Assembly (NCBI GenBank): GCA_963695555.1
Contig: CAVOGR010000002.1
Coordinates: forward strand, 352,001 to 416,000
Length of the DNA stretch: 64,000 nucleotides
Reading direction: 5' to 3'
From: an uncultured Gemmatimonadales bacterium
GTDB lineage: Bacteria; Gemmatimonadota; Gemmatimonadetes; Gemmatimonadales; GWC2-71-9
The notes beneath the pieces were generated by a model. That model had not been told where the DNA came from. It saw only the letters and a list, made by a program, of their open reading frames with translations, and did no database searches. A program made the translations under genes and the position numbers. Shown one piece after another: positions 11,482 to 22,619 of the stretch. Within the stretch, counting starts at the first letter, position 1. Every line of letters starts with the position of its first letter.

Positions 11482-12945
11482 ATGGCCCGAGGATTACTTC
11501 ATCTCCCTGCCCCGCAGGGTGCCCGGCTTCTGACCCGTGACCTGATCGACACCGTCCGAGCCGCCGCCGCTCAGCTCCAGGCGACGCCCGGCGCGGACGC
11601 ATTGCACGATCTGCGCGTTGCGATTCGGCGGCTCCGAAGCCTGCTCAAGGCCTACAAAACGTGGCTGGGTCCGGCAGCATCTCCCAAGGTCCGGAGGGGC
11701 CTGGGACGAATTGCCTCCGCAACCGGAACCACCCGTGACATCGATGTCCAGTTGGCCTGGATCGAGCAGCACGCCTCCACGTTTGCGGCCCGGGAGCAGG
11801 CGGGCCTCACTTGGTTGAAACGTCGGCTCGAGCGGCGACGGAGCGCGACCCTGGCAAGTCTCCGCCGCAAGGAGGCGAAACGCCTGCGCCGGCTGACCGA
11901 CTTCATCGGGGAGGAGGTGCGGGAGTTTTGCTTGCCGGCAGACCCAGCGGACAGCGCTCACCAGCCGGCGGCCACCCTCGCCGCCGTGACCGGCGATCTG
12001 CTCGGAACCTTGCTCCACCAATTCGAGCCCGAGCTCGATGCCATCCGGTCGATCGATGACCGGAACCGTGCGCACGCTGCCCGGATTACCGGAAAGCGGA
12101 TCAGGTACCTCATCGAGCCGCTGAGGCAGGAGCTGTCGGCGGGCTCCGACGCCGTTGGTCAACTCAAGCAACTGCAGGACCTGCTGGGTGAATTCAACGA
12201 TGCCAACCAATTCGAGGACCTCGTAGCCCGGGCCCACGAGCGGGTGGCGGTTCGGCAGGAGCGCCGGTTCTCGAAGGCGGTGCTCAACGGGAAGGTCCTG
12301 GATGAAGCCTGGGTGGGCCGGATGCGGGAGCGGGACCCGTGCCCAGGGCTTGCAGCCTTGCACGAGCGTCTCGATGCGCGGCGGCACGAGTGCTACGCTC
12401 GCATCGAGCAGTGGCTGCACGATGAAGCCTTCGCACTGCGCCGCCGCTTGCATGACATGGTCGGGGCGCTCTGCCGCACCCAGCTGCCGGATCGCGAAAT
12501 CGAGCGCAAGTACCTGCTTCGGTCATTGCCGGACCTGGTCGTCGGTTCGGCTGCCCAGCTGATCGAGCAGGGCTATCTCCCGGGCTCCCGGGTTCGAGAA
12601 CGCCTCCGACGCATACGGATGACAGGAACGGAACGGTATTACCGGACGATCAAAGTGGGAGACGGAATCGACCGCGCGGAGTTTGAGGAGGAGACCACCC
12701 GCGAAATGTTCGCCTCCATGTGGCCGTTGACCGAGGGCAAGCGTGTTCGCAAGCGCCGCTATCGCGTGGTCTTTGGTGAGCTCATCTGGGAAATCGACGA
12801 ATTCCTCGACCATCCACTCATCATGGCGGAGGTCGAGATCCCCCACCCCAGCATCGATCCGGAACCGCCCGAGTGGCTCAGGCCCTACGTGGTCCGTCAA
12901 GTCTCGGGCGAGCCCGAATTCCTCAACGTGAACCTGGCGCGGTAG
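11482..12945 (+). CDS. CHAD-domain + CYTH-domain fusion (polyphosphate-binding / triphosphate tunnel metalloenzyme)
   Basis: CHAD motifs LHDLRVAIRRLRS, HAARITGKRIRY, LQDLLGEFND; CYTH motifs EIERKYL, WEIDEF, AEVE; start uncertain. Confidence 0.88.
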   Translation: MARGLLHLPAPQGARLLTRDLIDTVRAAAAQLQATPGADALHDLRVAIRRLRSLLKAYKTWLGPAASPKVRRGLGRIASATGTTRDIDVQLAWIEQHASTFAAREQAGLTWLKRRLERRRSATLASLRRKEAKRLRRLTDFIGEEVREFCLPADPADSAHQPAATLAAVTGDLLGTLLHQFEPELDAIRSIDDRNRAHAARITGKRIRYLIEPLRQELSAGSDAVGQLKQLQDLLGEFNDANQFEDLVARAHERVAVRQERRFSKAVLNGKVLDEAWVGRMRERDPCPGLAALHERLDARRHECYARIEQWLHDEAFALRRRLHDMVGALCRTQLPDREIERKYLLRSLPDLVVGSAAQLIEQGYLPGSRVRERLRRIRMTGTERYYRTIKVGDGIDRAEFEEETTREMFASMWPLTEGKRVRKRRYRVVFGELIWEIDEFLDHPLIMAEVEIPHPSIDPEPPEWLRPYVVRQVSGEPEFLNVNLAR

Positions 12946-12988
12946 GGCCCAGGAATCGCCACCCGGGGCCTCCGGTGCCCCTAGGGGG

Positions 12989-13017
12989 TTGACGAGCCCT
13001 GGTCCTTGTGCTATCCT
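12989..13017 (+). promoter_or_regulatory. sigma70 promoter with extended -10
   Basis: TTGACG(12989)-N17-TATCCT(13012), preceded by TG-n. Confidence 0.75.
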
Positions 13018-13036
13018 TTCATCCGGATGAAAGGAT
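13013..13036. promoter_or_regulatory. Perfect 24-bp palindrome, candidate operator of the ArsR/SahR-type repressor
   Basis: ATCCTTTCATCCGGATGAAAGGAT is its own reverse complement and overlaps the -10, predicted +1 and RBS. Confidence 0.8.
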
Positions 13037-13039
13037 GCT

Positions 13040-14011
13040 ATGACCGCACAGGCTGACATCTTTGGCCGGATGGATGTCCTGGCCGACAGTACGCGCACCC
13101 GCTTGTTGCTGGCCCTCGAGGCCGGTGAGATGACCGTATCGGAACTGCGGACCGTGCTCCAGCTGCCCCAGTCCACCGTGAGCCGCCACCTCAGGATCTT
13201 GTCGGACGAGGGCTGGGTCAGCGTCCGCGCAGACGGGGCGAGCCATCGCTATCGCAAGACGGCGAGCGGGCCGGATACCAGGGCCGCCGAACTCTGGCAC
13301 CTGGTCCGCACCGAGGTTCGGGAGACCGCGACGGCTGCCCAAGACGCGGCGCGCGCCGAGAGCGTGCTGGCCGCGCGCCGTGCCACGTCGCGTGAATTCT
13401 TCTCATCCACAGCTGGACGGTGGGATGAGTTGCGCCGTACCCTGTTCGGCCCGCGTCCCGAGCTCAGTGCGTTTCTGGCCCTGTTCGATTCGGCATGGGT
13501 CGTGGGTGACCTGGGAAGCGGTACCGGGCAATTGGCGGAGGCGCTGGCGCCCTTCGTCAGACGGGTCCTGGCGGTGGACGAATCGCCGGCCATGCTCGAA
13601 GCCGCACGGGTGCGGCTCACCAGCCTGCCCAACGTCGAGGTGCGTCGTGGCGAGCTCGAGGCCCTCCCAATCGAGGCCGGGGAGTTGGACGTCGCCATCC
13701 TGTCCCTGGTGCTGCACTACACGCCGGAACCCGGCCAGGTGCTGGCGGAGGCAGGCCGGGTGCTTCGGCCGGGCGGTCGGATGCTCATTATCGATATGCA
13801 ACCCCACGATCATGCCGAGTACCGGAGCGACATGGGACACGCGTGGCAGGGGTTTTCCAAAGAGCAGATCTTCGAATGGCTTGGGAACGCAGGGTTCGAT
13901 CGGCCGGTCTATCACATGCTGCCGGCGGATCCGGAGGCCAAAGGGCCGACGCTTTTCGCAGCGAGCGCGTATTGGCCCACTCGACCGTCGTCACCCGGCG
14001 CGACCGAGTGA
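13040..14011 (+). CDS. sahR: ArsR-family HTH + SAM-dependent methyltransferase-fold regulator (SahR-type)
   Basis: LADSTRTRLL..QSTVSRHLRIL ArsR HTH; VGDLGSGTG SAM-binding motif; directly upstream of ahcY. Confidence 0.85.
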   Translation: MTAQADIFGRMDVLADSTRTRLLLALEAGEMTVSELRTVLQLPQSTVSRHLRILSDEGWVSVRADGASHRYRKTASGPDTRAAELWHLVRTEVRETATAAQDAARAESVLAARRATSREFFSSTAGRWDELRRTLFGPRPELSAFLALFDSAWVVGDLGSGTGQLAEALAPFVRRVLAVDESPAMLEAARVRLTSLPNVEVRRGELEALPIEAGELDVAILSLVLHYTPEPGQVLAEAGRVLRPGGRMLIIDMQPHDHAEYRSDMGHAWQGFSKEQIFEWLGNAGFDRPVYHMLPADPEAKGPTLFAASAYWPTRPSSPGATE

Positions 14012-14045
14012 CGCACTGAACGATTCATTGTAAGGAGTCAACCTC

Positions 14046-15533
<1,488 letters not shown>

Positions 15534-15556
15534 TGGTCCGAATCGACTCTGACTGG

Positions 15557-15582
15557 CGACGGGGCGCTTCGGCGCCCCGTCG
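15557..15582. terminator. GC-rich hairpin between convergent genes (probable terminator)
   Basis: CGACGGGGCGC-TTCG-GCGCCCCGTCG, 11-bp stem with UUCG loop, 24 nt after the ahcY stop; no U-tract. Confidence 0.6.
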
Positions 15583-15587
15583 TCGTC

Positions 15588-16112
15588 CTACCCGCCGGAG
15601 TCCTGTCCGCTCGAACGCCCACCCATCATGCCGCAGCCCCGTCCCATCCCGGACTCCATGCGCGACTGCATCTGCTTCATCTGTTCAGCGTGATGTGCGT
15701 CCAGCTTCGCTGCTTGATCGGTCGTCAATGCCGTCTTGATCCGCTCATGGAAGCGGAGCCGGGCCGGCATGAGGGCGTGCATCGCCGCTTGAGCGGTCGA
15801 CCTGAGCGCGGCCACAGAATCCGCACCCACCCCAGTTCGACAGCCGTGCTGCAGGGCGTCGTGTGCCTGCTTCGCTTCGGCTCGAAGAGCCTTCGTCTCG
15901 ACGAGCAGCGAGTCCCGAAACGGCTTGACGAGCGCGACCTGTTCCGGCGTGAGATCGAGCATGGTGGCAAGACGTTCCGTGGTGGGTTGGAACCCCTGGT
16001 CGTCCAACGCCATGCCTCCCCCCATGCCCCCCATATGTCCGCGCTGCTGTGCGACGGCCACCGTTGCGACGCACAGGAGCAGCCCGGCAATTCGGAGAGT
16101 GCGACCCAACAT
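15588..16112 (-). CDS. Spy/CpxP-like periplasmic protein
   Basis: Signal peptide (AVA-QQ), Gly/Met-rich termini, two LTxxQ motifs (LTPEQ, LTTDQ); GAGGAGG RBS. Confidence 0.8.
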   Translation of the reverse strand: MLGRTLRIAGLLLCVATVAVAQQRGHMGGMGGGMALDDQGFQPTTERLATMLDLTPEQVALVKPFRDSLLVETKALRAEAKQAHDALQHGCRTGVGADSVAALRSTAQAAMHALMPARLRFHERIKTALTTDQAAKLDAHHAEQMKQMQSRMESGMGRGCGMMGGRSSGQDSGG

Positions 16113-16457
16113 TCGATGCCTCCTCTAGTGTTGTGCGATAGGACCGCGGCTCGATCCTCCGCGCGTCCGCCCACGGTGGTGCCGTGGGCTTCCATGTAAG
16201 AGAGATCCAGGTCCATGAATAGAGGATGAAGCGAGGATGATGGACCCCTCATATGGGAACGCTATGAGAGAGGACGAGCCCCGATGGACCGGGTGCATGC
16301 GTCAGGCACAGCAGTTCGGTCCAGCGCCCGGGCCGCACGCCTATCTCAAGACTCGAGCCCGAACAGCCGCGGCCTTCGTTGGCCGGCTCCATCCGGGCTC
16401 GTCGGCACATCCCGGGACGTGCCTACATTGGTTGCTGGGCCGCTTCTCGGGAACCTC

Positions 16458-17099
16458 CTACCTATTACCCACGGTTTGGAGGTACGTCACGATGGCCGTG
16501 GTCTGTTCACGCGTCGGCGGCGTGACCTTCATCCGCTCGATGTTCCGCTCCATGCGCATGAAGATGGCAGGCCAGTCGTTGATGGTGTGCGCCTTCGGAT
16601 CCGGAAGCGCATGGCATTGGCCGCAGACCGCGGCAAACTCCTCGCGTCCCGTGCCGGGAGGGAGGGTTCCAGTGGTCACCTGGAGCGCGTGCTCGGTGAG
16701 GTAATCGAGCAGGACTCGCCGCTCCCCGGTCTCTGGAACCTGGATGCCAAATTCAGCCGGTAGCCGGTCCATTCGGAGCCACATCCGCCGGACGACGTTG
16801 GGCCAATCGGTGGCACTGTGGGTCGTCGGCGACGGTAGCCAGTGGCACTGCTGTGCGCAGTAGGTCACCACGAGTTTGGCGCCTCGCGATTCCGGATCCG
16901 GCAAGTCGGCAGCCGTCGTCCCCTCCGGGGGGAGCGCGACGCTGGCCGAAGCGAGCAAGATTTGATCGCGGGTTCCCTGGGCCGACAGCGGCGGGGGCGA
17001 CGCCTCGCCGCCTTGCGGCTGGGGGGCGCGTTCCTGGCATGCCACGATCCCGAGACCGACGAGAAGCAGGCCGACGGTCCGGGAGGTGAGGGTCCACAT
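16458..17099 (-). CDS. Diheme-type c cytochrome lipoprotein (CX3CH + CX2CH)
   Basis: Lipobox GIVAC; two homologous halves CAQQCHWLPSPTTH..W..VVRRM and CGQCHALPDPKAH..W..IFMRM. Confidence 0.78.
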   Translation of the reverse strand: MWTLTSRTVGLLLVGLGIVACQERAPQPQGGEASPPPLSAQGTRDQILLASASVALPPEGTTAADLPDPESRGAKLVVTYCAQQCHWLPSPTTHSATDWPNVVRRMWLRMDRLPAEFGIQVPETGERRVLLDYLTEHALQVTTGTLPPGTGREEFAAVCGQCHALPDPKAHTINDWPAIFMRMERNIERMKVTPPTREQTTAIVTYLQTVGNR

Positions 17100-17299
17100 G
17101 CGAGCCTCCGAAGTCACAGGGCCTCCTGCCGAAGTTAGGGTTCAGTCCTCAAGTTAAGCTGGAAATGGCGTCGAAACCACAAGGGCCGCCCTTTCAGTCT
17201 TTTCGACCGGTTCGTCATCGCATACCTTTAGCCTGCAGTAGTAGTTCGACGACGTGGCGTGAGTCCCCACCCGACTCCTTCCACCGAGTATCCCTTGCC

Positions 17300-19357
17300 G
17301 TGACTTCTAAGCCCACCTCTCAAGAGCACCTGGTCCTGTCACGGGAAGTCTCCGTGTTCCTGGTACAGTTCTCAATTGCGCTCCACAACATCTCGACGTA
17401 CCCGCGCGGCCACCCCATGCTGGCAACGGCGGTAGACAGCGTCATGGGTCGCGTTCGCCCATTGTTGAACCGGGACCACTCGCTCTCCCTCGGCGTTGCC
17501 AAGATGCAGCTTCTGGTCGAAGGCGCGGCCACCGACCCGGACAACGCTGTGTTGCGGGATCTGGCCCAGCGGCTCCACCGCCACCAGGTCGGGACAGTGC
17601 GGTTTGATGAGGGGGTCGCGCACGACGAGATGGCGGATTTCCTCGAGCGCCTGAGCGCCGACCCCATTTACCAGGGCGAGCCGCTCGGCTTGGGTCCCGA
17701 AAGAGAGCGCCTGAAATGGCCCCACATTCGGGTCACGCCGCTGGCGTTCGATCAGCTCGAACTGGTGGACAAACGTCCGGGTGACAGCGAAGAGACCCGA
17801 GCCGTTCGACTGTGGTTGGCGTTGGCTGACTCAGCCGTCTCGAAGGAAGAGGACACCACGGATCGACAAACCCTCGACGTGAAGGACGTCGCGCAGGCCA
17901 TCAACGAATCCTCCCGTGGCGAATCCTACGATCGCGTGATCGTTGGCTATCTCCTTCAGCTCAGCCGAGAATTGGCAGCGAGCGATGGGACGGACGGAGC
18001 CGTGCTCAAACGACGCCTGACGGAGTTACTCGAAGGCCTCACACCCGAAACTATGCATCGCCTGCTCCAGATGGGCGGCGGATTGGCGGAACGACAGGAG
18101 TTGATCAAGACCCTCTCGGGTTCCATCCCGATCAACGCCGTGTTGGAGTTGATTCGCGCGTCGGCGGACACTTCCCAGCAGACCATCTCGCACTCCATGC
18201 TCCGTATTCTGACTAAGCTCGCCGAACATGCTGGATCCACAACATCGACCGTCCGTTTCGACGCCGATCTCGCCTTTCGAGACTCGGTGCTGGACTTGGT
18301 CGACTCATGGGTCCTCGAGGATCCAAACCCTGAGGCCTACACCCAAGTGCTCGAGCATCTCGCTCGGCCGGCTGCTGCACTCGAGTCCAACGCGGAGGTC
18401 GAATTCGAGTCCGAGGCTCAGCGCATTGTCAAAATGAGCCTTGAACTCGACATGTTTGGACTGTCAGCGGGGCCTGCGGTGGATCATCTGGTGCGCTCGG
18501 GAAGTCTGTCCACGTTGCTCATGTTATTGGAAGAGGATGTGGGGAAATCGGAGACCCGTGAGGCTTTCTGGTCTCATCTGTGCCGCGTGGACACACTCGA
18601 CCGCCTCCTGAGGGAGGAGAATCCCGACTTTGAAAGCATCGCCCGCGTGGTTGACCGAATGGGAGCCGCCGCAGCTGAGCCGATGCTCAAAGCGCTTGAG
18701 CTGGCCGAGTCCTTGACCACCCGTCGATGGCTCTTGAACCAGCTGCGACGGCTCGGTCCCGACCTAGGACCGCTGCTTGTGGCGCGGCTCACGGATACCC
18801 CGTGGTACGTCCGGCGCAACATGCTGGTTTTGATTGGGGCCATCGGGACGTGGCCCGAGGACTTCTCGCCGGCACCCCACGCCCGCCACGAGGACGCGCG
18901 GGTGAGGCGGGCAGCGTTCAAGCTCATGTTTGAGCGGCCGGAGTTCAGGGACGCTGCAGTACTCGATGCCCTAGGTGACTCCGATGACACGGCCATTCGG
19001 ATGGCCCTTGGCGTTGCGCAGGAAGGCTGTCCCCCGGCTGCGCTGCCGCGAATCATGATCCTGCTTCAGGACCCCCAGCGAGACCCCGATCTCCGGGCTC
19101 TCGGAATTCGGGCCCTCGGCGGCGTGCCGACTTCCACCAGCCGCGACTGGCTGGTGGAGCGCGCCCTCGGGCGGAAGCGCTGGTTTCGACGGCGCCGGCT
19201 GGCCGCCAAATCCCCCGAACTCCTCGCTATTCTGCAGGTCTTGGCTGCGCAGTGGGCAACGCACCCCGATGCGGCGACCGTCCTCCGGTTGGCGGCCCAG
19301 AGTGCCGACCCTGAGGTCCGGGCCGCGATTCAGACTGAGCCGAAGGACCCCGCGTGA
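17300..19357 (+). CDS. HEAT-repeat protein with N-terminal YPxGHP domain
   Basis: C-terminal HEAT-like units (DTPWYVRRN, HEDARVRRAA, DPEVRAA); start uncertain (ORF is open from 17165). Confidence 0.75.
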   Translation: MTSKPTSQEHLVLSREVSVFLVQFSIALHNISTYPRGHPMLATAVDSVMGRVRPLLNRDHSLSLGVAKMQLLVEGAATDPDNAVLRDLAQRLHRHQVGTVRFDEGVAHDEMADFLERLSADPIYQGEPLGLGPERERLKWPHIRVTPLAFDQLELVDKRPGDSEETRAVRLWLALADSAVSKEEDTTDRQTLDVKDVAQAINESSRGESYDRVIVGYLLQLSRELAASDGTDGAVLKRRLTELLEGLTPETMHRLLQMGGGLAERQELIKTLSGSIPINAVLELIRASADTSQQTISHSMLRILTKLAEHAGSTTSTVRFDADLAFRDSVLDLVDSWVLEDPNPEAYTQVLEHLARPAAALESNAEVEFESEAQRIVKMSLELDMFGLSAGPAVDHLVRSGSLSTLLMLLEEDVGKSETREAFWSHLCRVDTLDRLLREENPDFESIARVVDRMGAAAAEPMLKALELAESLTTRRWLLNQLRRLGPDLGPLLVARLTDTPWYVRRNMLVLIGAIGTWPEDFSPAPHARHEDARVRRAAFKLMFERPEFRDAAVLDALGDSDDTAIRMALGVAQEGCPPAALPRIMILLQDPQRDPDLRALGIRALGGVPTSTSRDWLVERALGRKRWFRRRRLAAKSPELLAILQVLAAQWATHPDAATVLRLAAQSADPEVRAAIQTEPKDPA

Positions 19358-20535
19358 CGGACCCCACCAGGTTCCTGACATCGCTCGGGCAGGCCTTGGC
19401 GACCATGGCACTCTATCCGGCCGGCCACCCAGCGCGCGAGCGCGTCGTGGATGCTGCCTTCGAACAACTGCAGCGGCTGATGCAGGAGGACTCGACACCT
19501 AGGATCCTCTTCATCGACGGAGAGGTGGTGTACAGCCGGCAGGTTCTGCGCCAGATGAGCGAGTGGGAATGGGGCATCCGGCTGGCCGACGCCGGCATTC
19601 AGCGGCTGGAATTCCTCGGCCAAATCAACGGGGACGAATTCGAAGGGTTCCTCAGCGACGTCTATCAGCGGCTGAGCCCGGACACGCCCGATACGTCCGC
19701 GGCTCGCCAGATGACCGCGACCAACATCCGCTATGGGCCCGTCGGAGTGCGAGGGGCGGATACGAGCATGGCTGCAGAGGCTGTCGCCACCGCAACCATC
19801 GCCTACTCACTACAGGATGAGGTGCACGCCATTGAGTGGATGCACGAGGAGGTCAAGCAAACCGGCAACTTGCCGTTACGCGAAGCGCATGCCGTGGTGC
19901 GCTCGCTCTCACTGGCAATGCACAGCCAAGGAGCGATCTTCCTTCCTCTGCTCGAGCTCAAACAGTTCGATCAATACACCACCACGCATTGCAGCAACGT
20001 CGCGGTCCTGTCGATGGGCCTCGCCGAGCACCTTGGGTTGGCTTCCGAACACGTGCGGGGCGTGGGCGTGGCCGGACTCCTCCACGACCTGGGCAAGATC
20101 CGGATCCCCAAGGAAATCCTGGTCAAGCCTGGCAAGTTTACGGAGGAAGAACGAAACATGATGCAGGCACACCCGGTAGAAGGTGCCCGGATCATCCTTT
20201 CACGGGAACGGAGTCTGGACCTGGCTGCCGTTGTCGCCTACGAGCACCACATCATGCTCAACGGTGGCGGCTATCCGGCGCTCCGGTTTCAGCGTGATTG
20301 TCACTACGCCAGCAAGTTGGTGCACGTCTGCGACGTGTACGACGCTCTCCGCACCGACCGACCCTATCGCGGGGCGCTCCCTTCGGAGGAGGCGCTCGGC
20401 TACTTGGCGGAAAAGGCCGGGACCGAATTCGATCCCGACCTCGTTCGTGCCTTCACCGTGATGATTCGTGAGCGCTCTGAGCGTCGCCTCCGGCTCGACC
20501 GGCCCACCATAGAGCCGGAAACCCCGCCGCTATAG
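19354..20535 (+). CDS. HD-GYP domain phosphohydrolase (putative cyclic dinucleotide phosphodiesterase)
   Basis: YTTTHC, GLLHDLGK, HPVEG, EHH..NGGGYP, CDVYDAL..RPYR, FDP; GTGA overlap with the HEAT gene. Confidence 0.9.
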   Translation: MTDPTRFLTSLGQALATMALYPAGHPARERVVDAAFEQLQRLMQEDSTPRILFIDGEVVYSRQVLRQMSEWEWGIRLADAGIQRLEFLGQINGDEFEGFLSDVYQRLSPDTPDTSAARQMTATNIRYGPVGVRGADTSMAAEAVATATIAYSLQDEVHAIEWMHEEVKQTGNLPLREAHAVVRSLSLAMHSQGAIFLPLLELKQFDQYTTTHCSNVAVLSMGLAEHLGLASEHVRGVGVAGLLHDLGKIRIPKEILVKPGKFTEEERNMMQAHPVEGARIILSRERSLDLAAVVAYEHHIMLNGGGYPALRFQRDCHYASKLVHVCDVYDALRTDRPYRGALPSEEALGYLAEKAGTEFDPDLVRAFTVMIRERSERRLRLDRPTIEPETPPL

Positions 20536-22381
20536 CGACGTCGCACGCCGGGGCGCAACCGAGGGTGCTTCGACTTCCTCGGCAGGAAGCTCGGGCGTGA
20601 AATCTTCACCGGGGTTGATGAACCGGTCGCGCTCCAGTCCGTATTGCTTATCGTACAGCTGCTTATAGCGTCGGCCCAGGGCGAGAAGCTCGTCTTGTGC
20701 CCCTCGCTCGACGACACTGCCCGGCCTCGAGCACGAGGATCTGATCCGCGCTCGCGATGGTGGAGAGGCGGTGGGCAATCACAAAGGTGGTTCGTCCCTG
20801 CCGAAGCGCCTGAAGGCCGTCACGGATCAGGGCCTCACTCTCGCTATCCAAACTCGACGTCGCTTCGTCTAAGATGAGGATGCGCGGGTCGGCCAGGATC
20901 GCGCGCGCAATCGCAATCCGCTGGCGTTGACCGCCGGAGAGCTTGACCCCGCGCTCACCCACGATGGTATCATACCCGTCGGCGAACTGCTCGATGAACT
21001 CGTCGCAGTGTGCCACTCGCGCCGCCTGCTGCACCTGTTCCAGGGTCGCCGACGGACTGGAGAAGCGGATGTTCTCGGCGATCGTCCCGTCAAAGAGAAA
21101 GTTGTCTTGCAGCACGACACCAAGGTGTGACCGGTATTCACGCACTCGCAGGGTCGTGAGGTCACGGCCGTCGATCAGGACCCTCCCGCTGGCAGGCCGA
21201 TTGAACGCCATGACCAGGCTGATCAGGGTACTTTTTCCGGAGCCACTCGGCCCCACTAACGCCGTCGTCGACCCGGCTGGAGCGTGAAGCGACACATGGG
21301 TGAGGACCGGCAGGCCTCCGGCGTAGGCAAAACTCACGTTTTCGAAGACGACGTCGCCCACCACGCGTTTGACGGGTTGCCCTTTGGTCTCGTCCTCAAT
21401 CACGGTCTGCCGGATCTCCCGAATCCGGTCGAGCCCCGCAAAGGCTTCGCTAATCTGGGTGCCGATCGAGGCAATCTGCACCAGCGGCGCCGCGACCATG
21501 CCGATGAAGAACACATACATGACGAAATCGCCAAGCGACATCGAGCCCGAAAGCACCGCGCGTCCGCCGACGAGCAAGAGGAGCACGCCGACCGCACCGA
21601 TTATGATGGTGGCAAATGACGAGACCGCCGAGACCGCGGTGATTGAGCGGGCAATGTTCCTGAGCAGGCGGTGCACGCCTCGCGCGAACACCCACTCCTC
21701 GCGCCGCTCGGCCGTATAGGTCTTCACCAACCGGATCCCGCCCAGCGATTCCGCCAAGCGGCCGGTGACCTCGGCGTTGATCTTCCCCCGCTCGCGAAAC
21801 AATGGCCTCAGCCTGGTGAAGGCGATGGCCATCCCGGCGCCGAAGGTGCTGAGAATGAGCAGGGTGATGGTCGTGAGCTGCCAATTGAGATAGAACAAGA
21901 CGCCGAGCGCGATCGTTGCGGTGACGAGGCCGCCGGTCAGCTGGACGAGGCCGGTGCCCACCAGATTTCGGATTCCTTCCGCGTCGGTCATGATGCGAGA
22001 GATCAACACACCGGTCTTGGTCGTGTCGAAATAGCTGACCGGCAACCGGAGCACGTGAGCGTGCACCCGTTTTCGCATATCGGCGATTGCCCGCTGTGCC
22101 GCGATGCTCATGACCTGCGACAATCCGAACGAGGTGGATGCCTGCACGACCGCTGCCACCGCTGCCGCGGCCGCGATGGGAACCAACAGATCGTGCCGCT
22201 GTCGTCCGATCACGTCGTCGATCAAGAACTTGGAGCTTCCCGGCAGGACCAAGCCTGCCAGGCGATTCAGCAACATCAAAACCAACCCGATCCCCATCTG
22301 CCGGCGATGAGTCCACACCAGCTCCCGGGCTTCGCGCCACACGATGGCCGGGTTCAGGGATCGTTTCTTGGCTTCCTCCAT
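20530..22381 (-). CDS. ABC exporter, fused permease/ATPase (MsbA-like); apparent frameshift near 20715-20725
   Basis: TM domain, GPSGSGKS, LSGGQRQR, ILDEATS; the natural C-terminus VVERG.QDELL..GRRYKQLY continues in another frame to the stop at 20530. Confidence 0.88.
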
Positions 22382-22619
22382 GCCTCGGTTCCTTACACGA
22401 AGGCGGTTGGTCGACTGCGCGAACCCGTGCAGCATAATATGCTTTGAGTCGTGCCGCTTCCCCCGCCCGCGGCTGGCCGCGGGCAGCAGCAGCGTTCTAT
22501 ATTGGCCCGACAGGCGCCCCGCATGTGTCGAGGCATGGCCAACTCGAGGCCCGTACCTCTTCGCGGCGGCGGGGCTGACGCCTCAGGCTGGTGCGCCACG
22601 TCTTCCCCCGAGCAGAACG

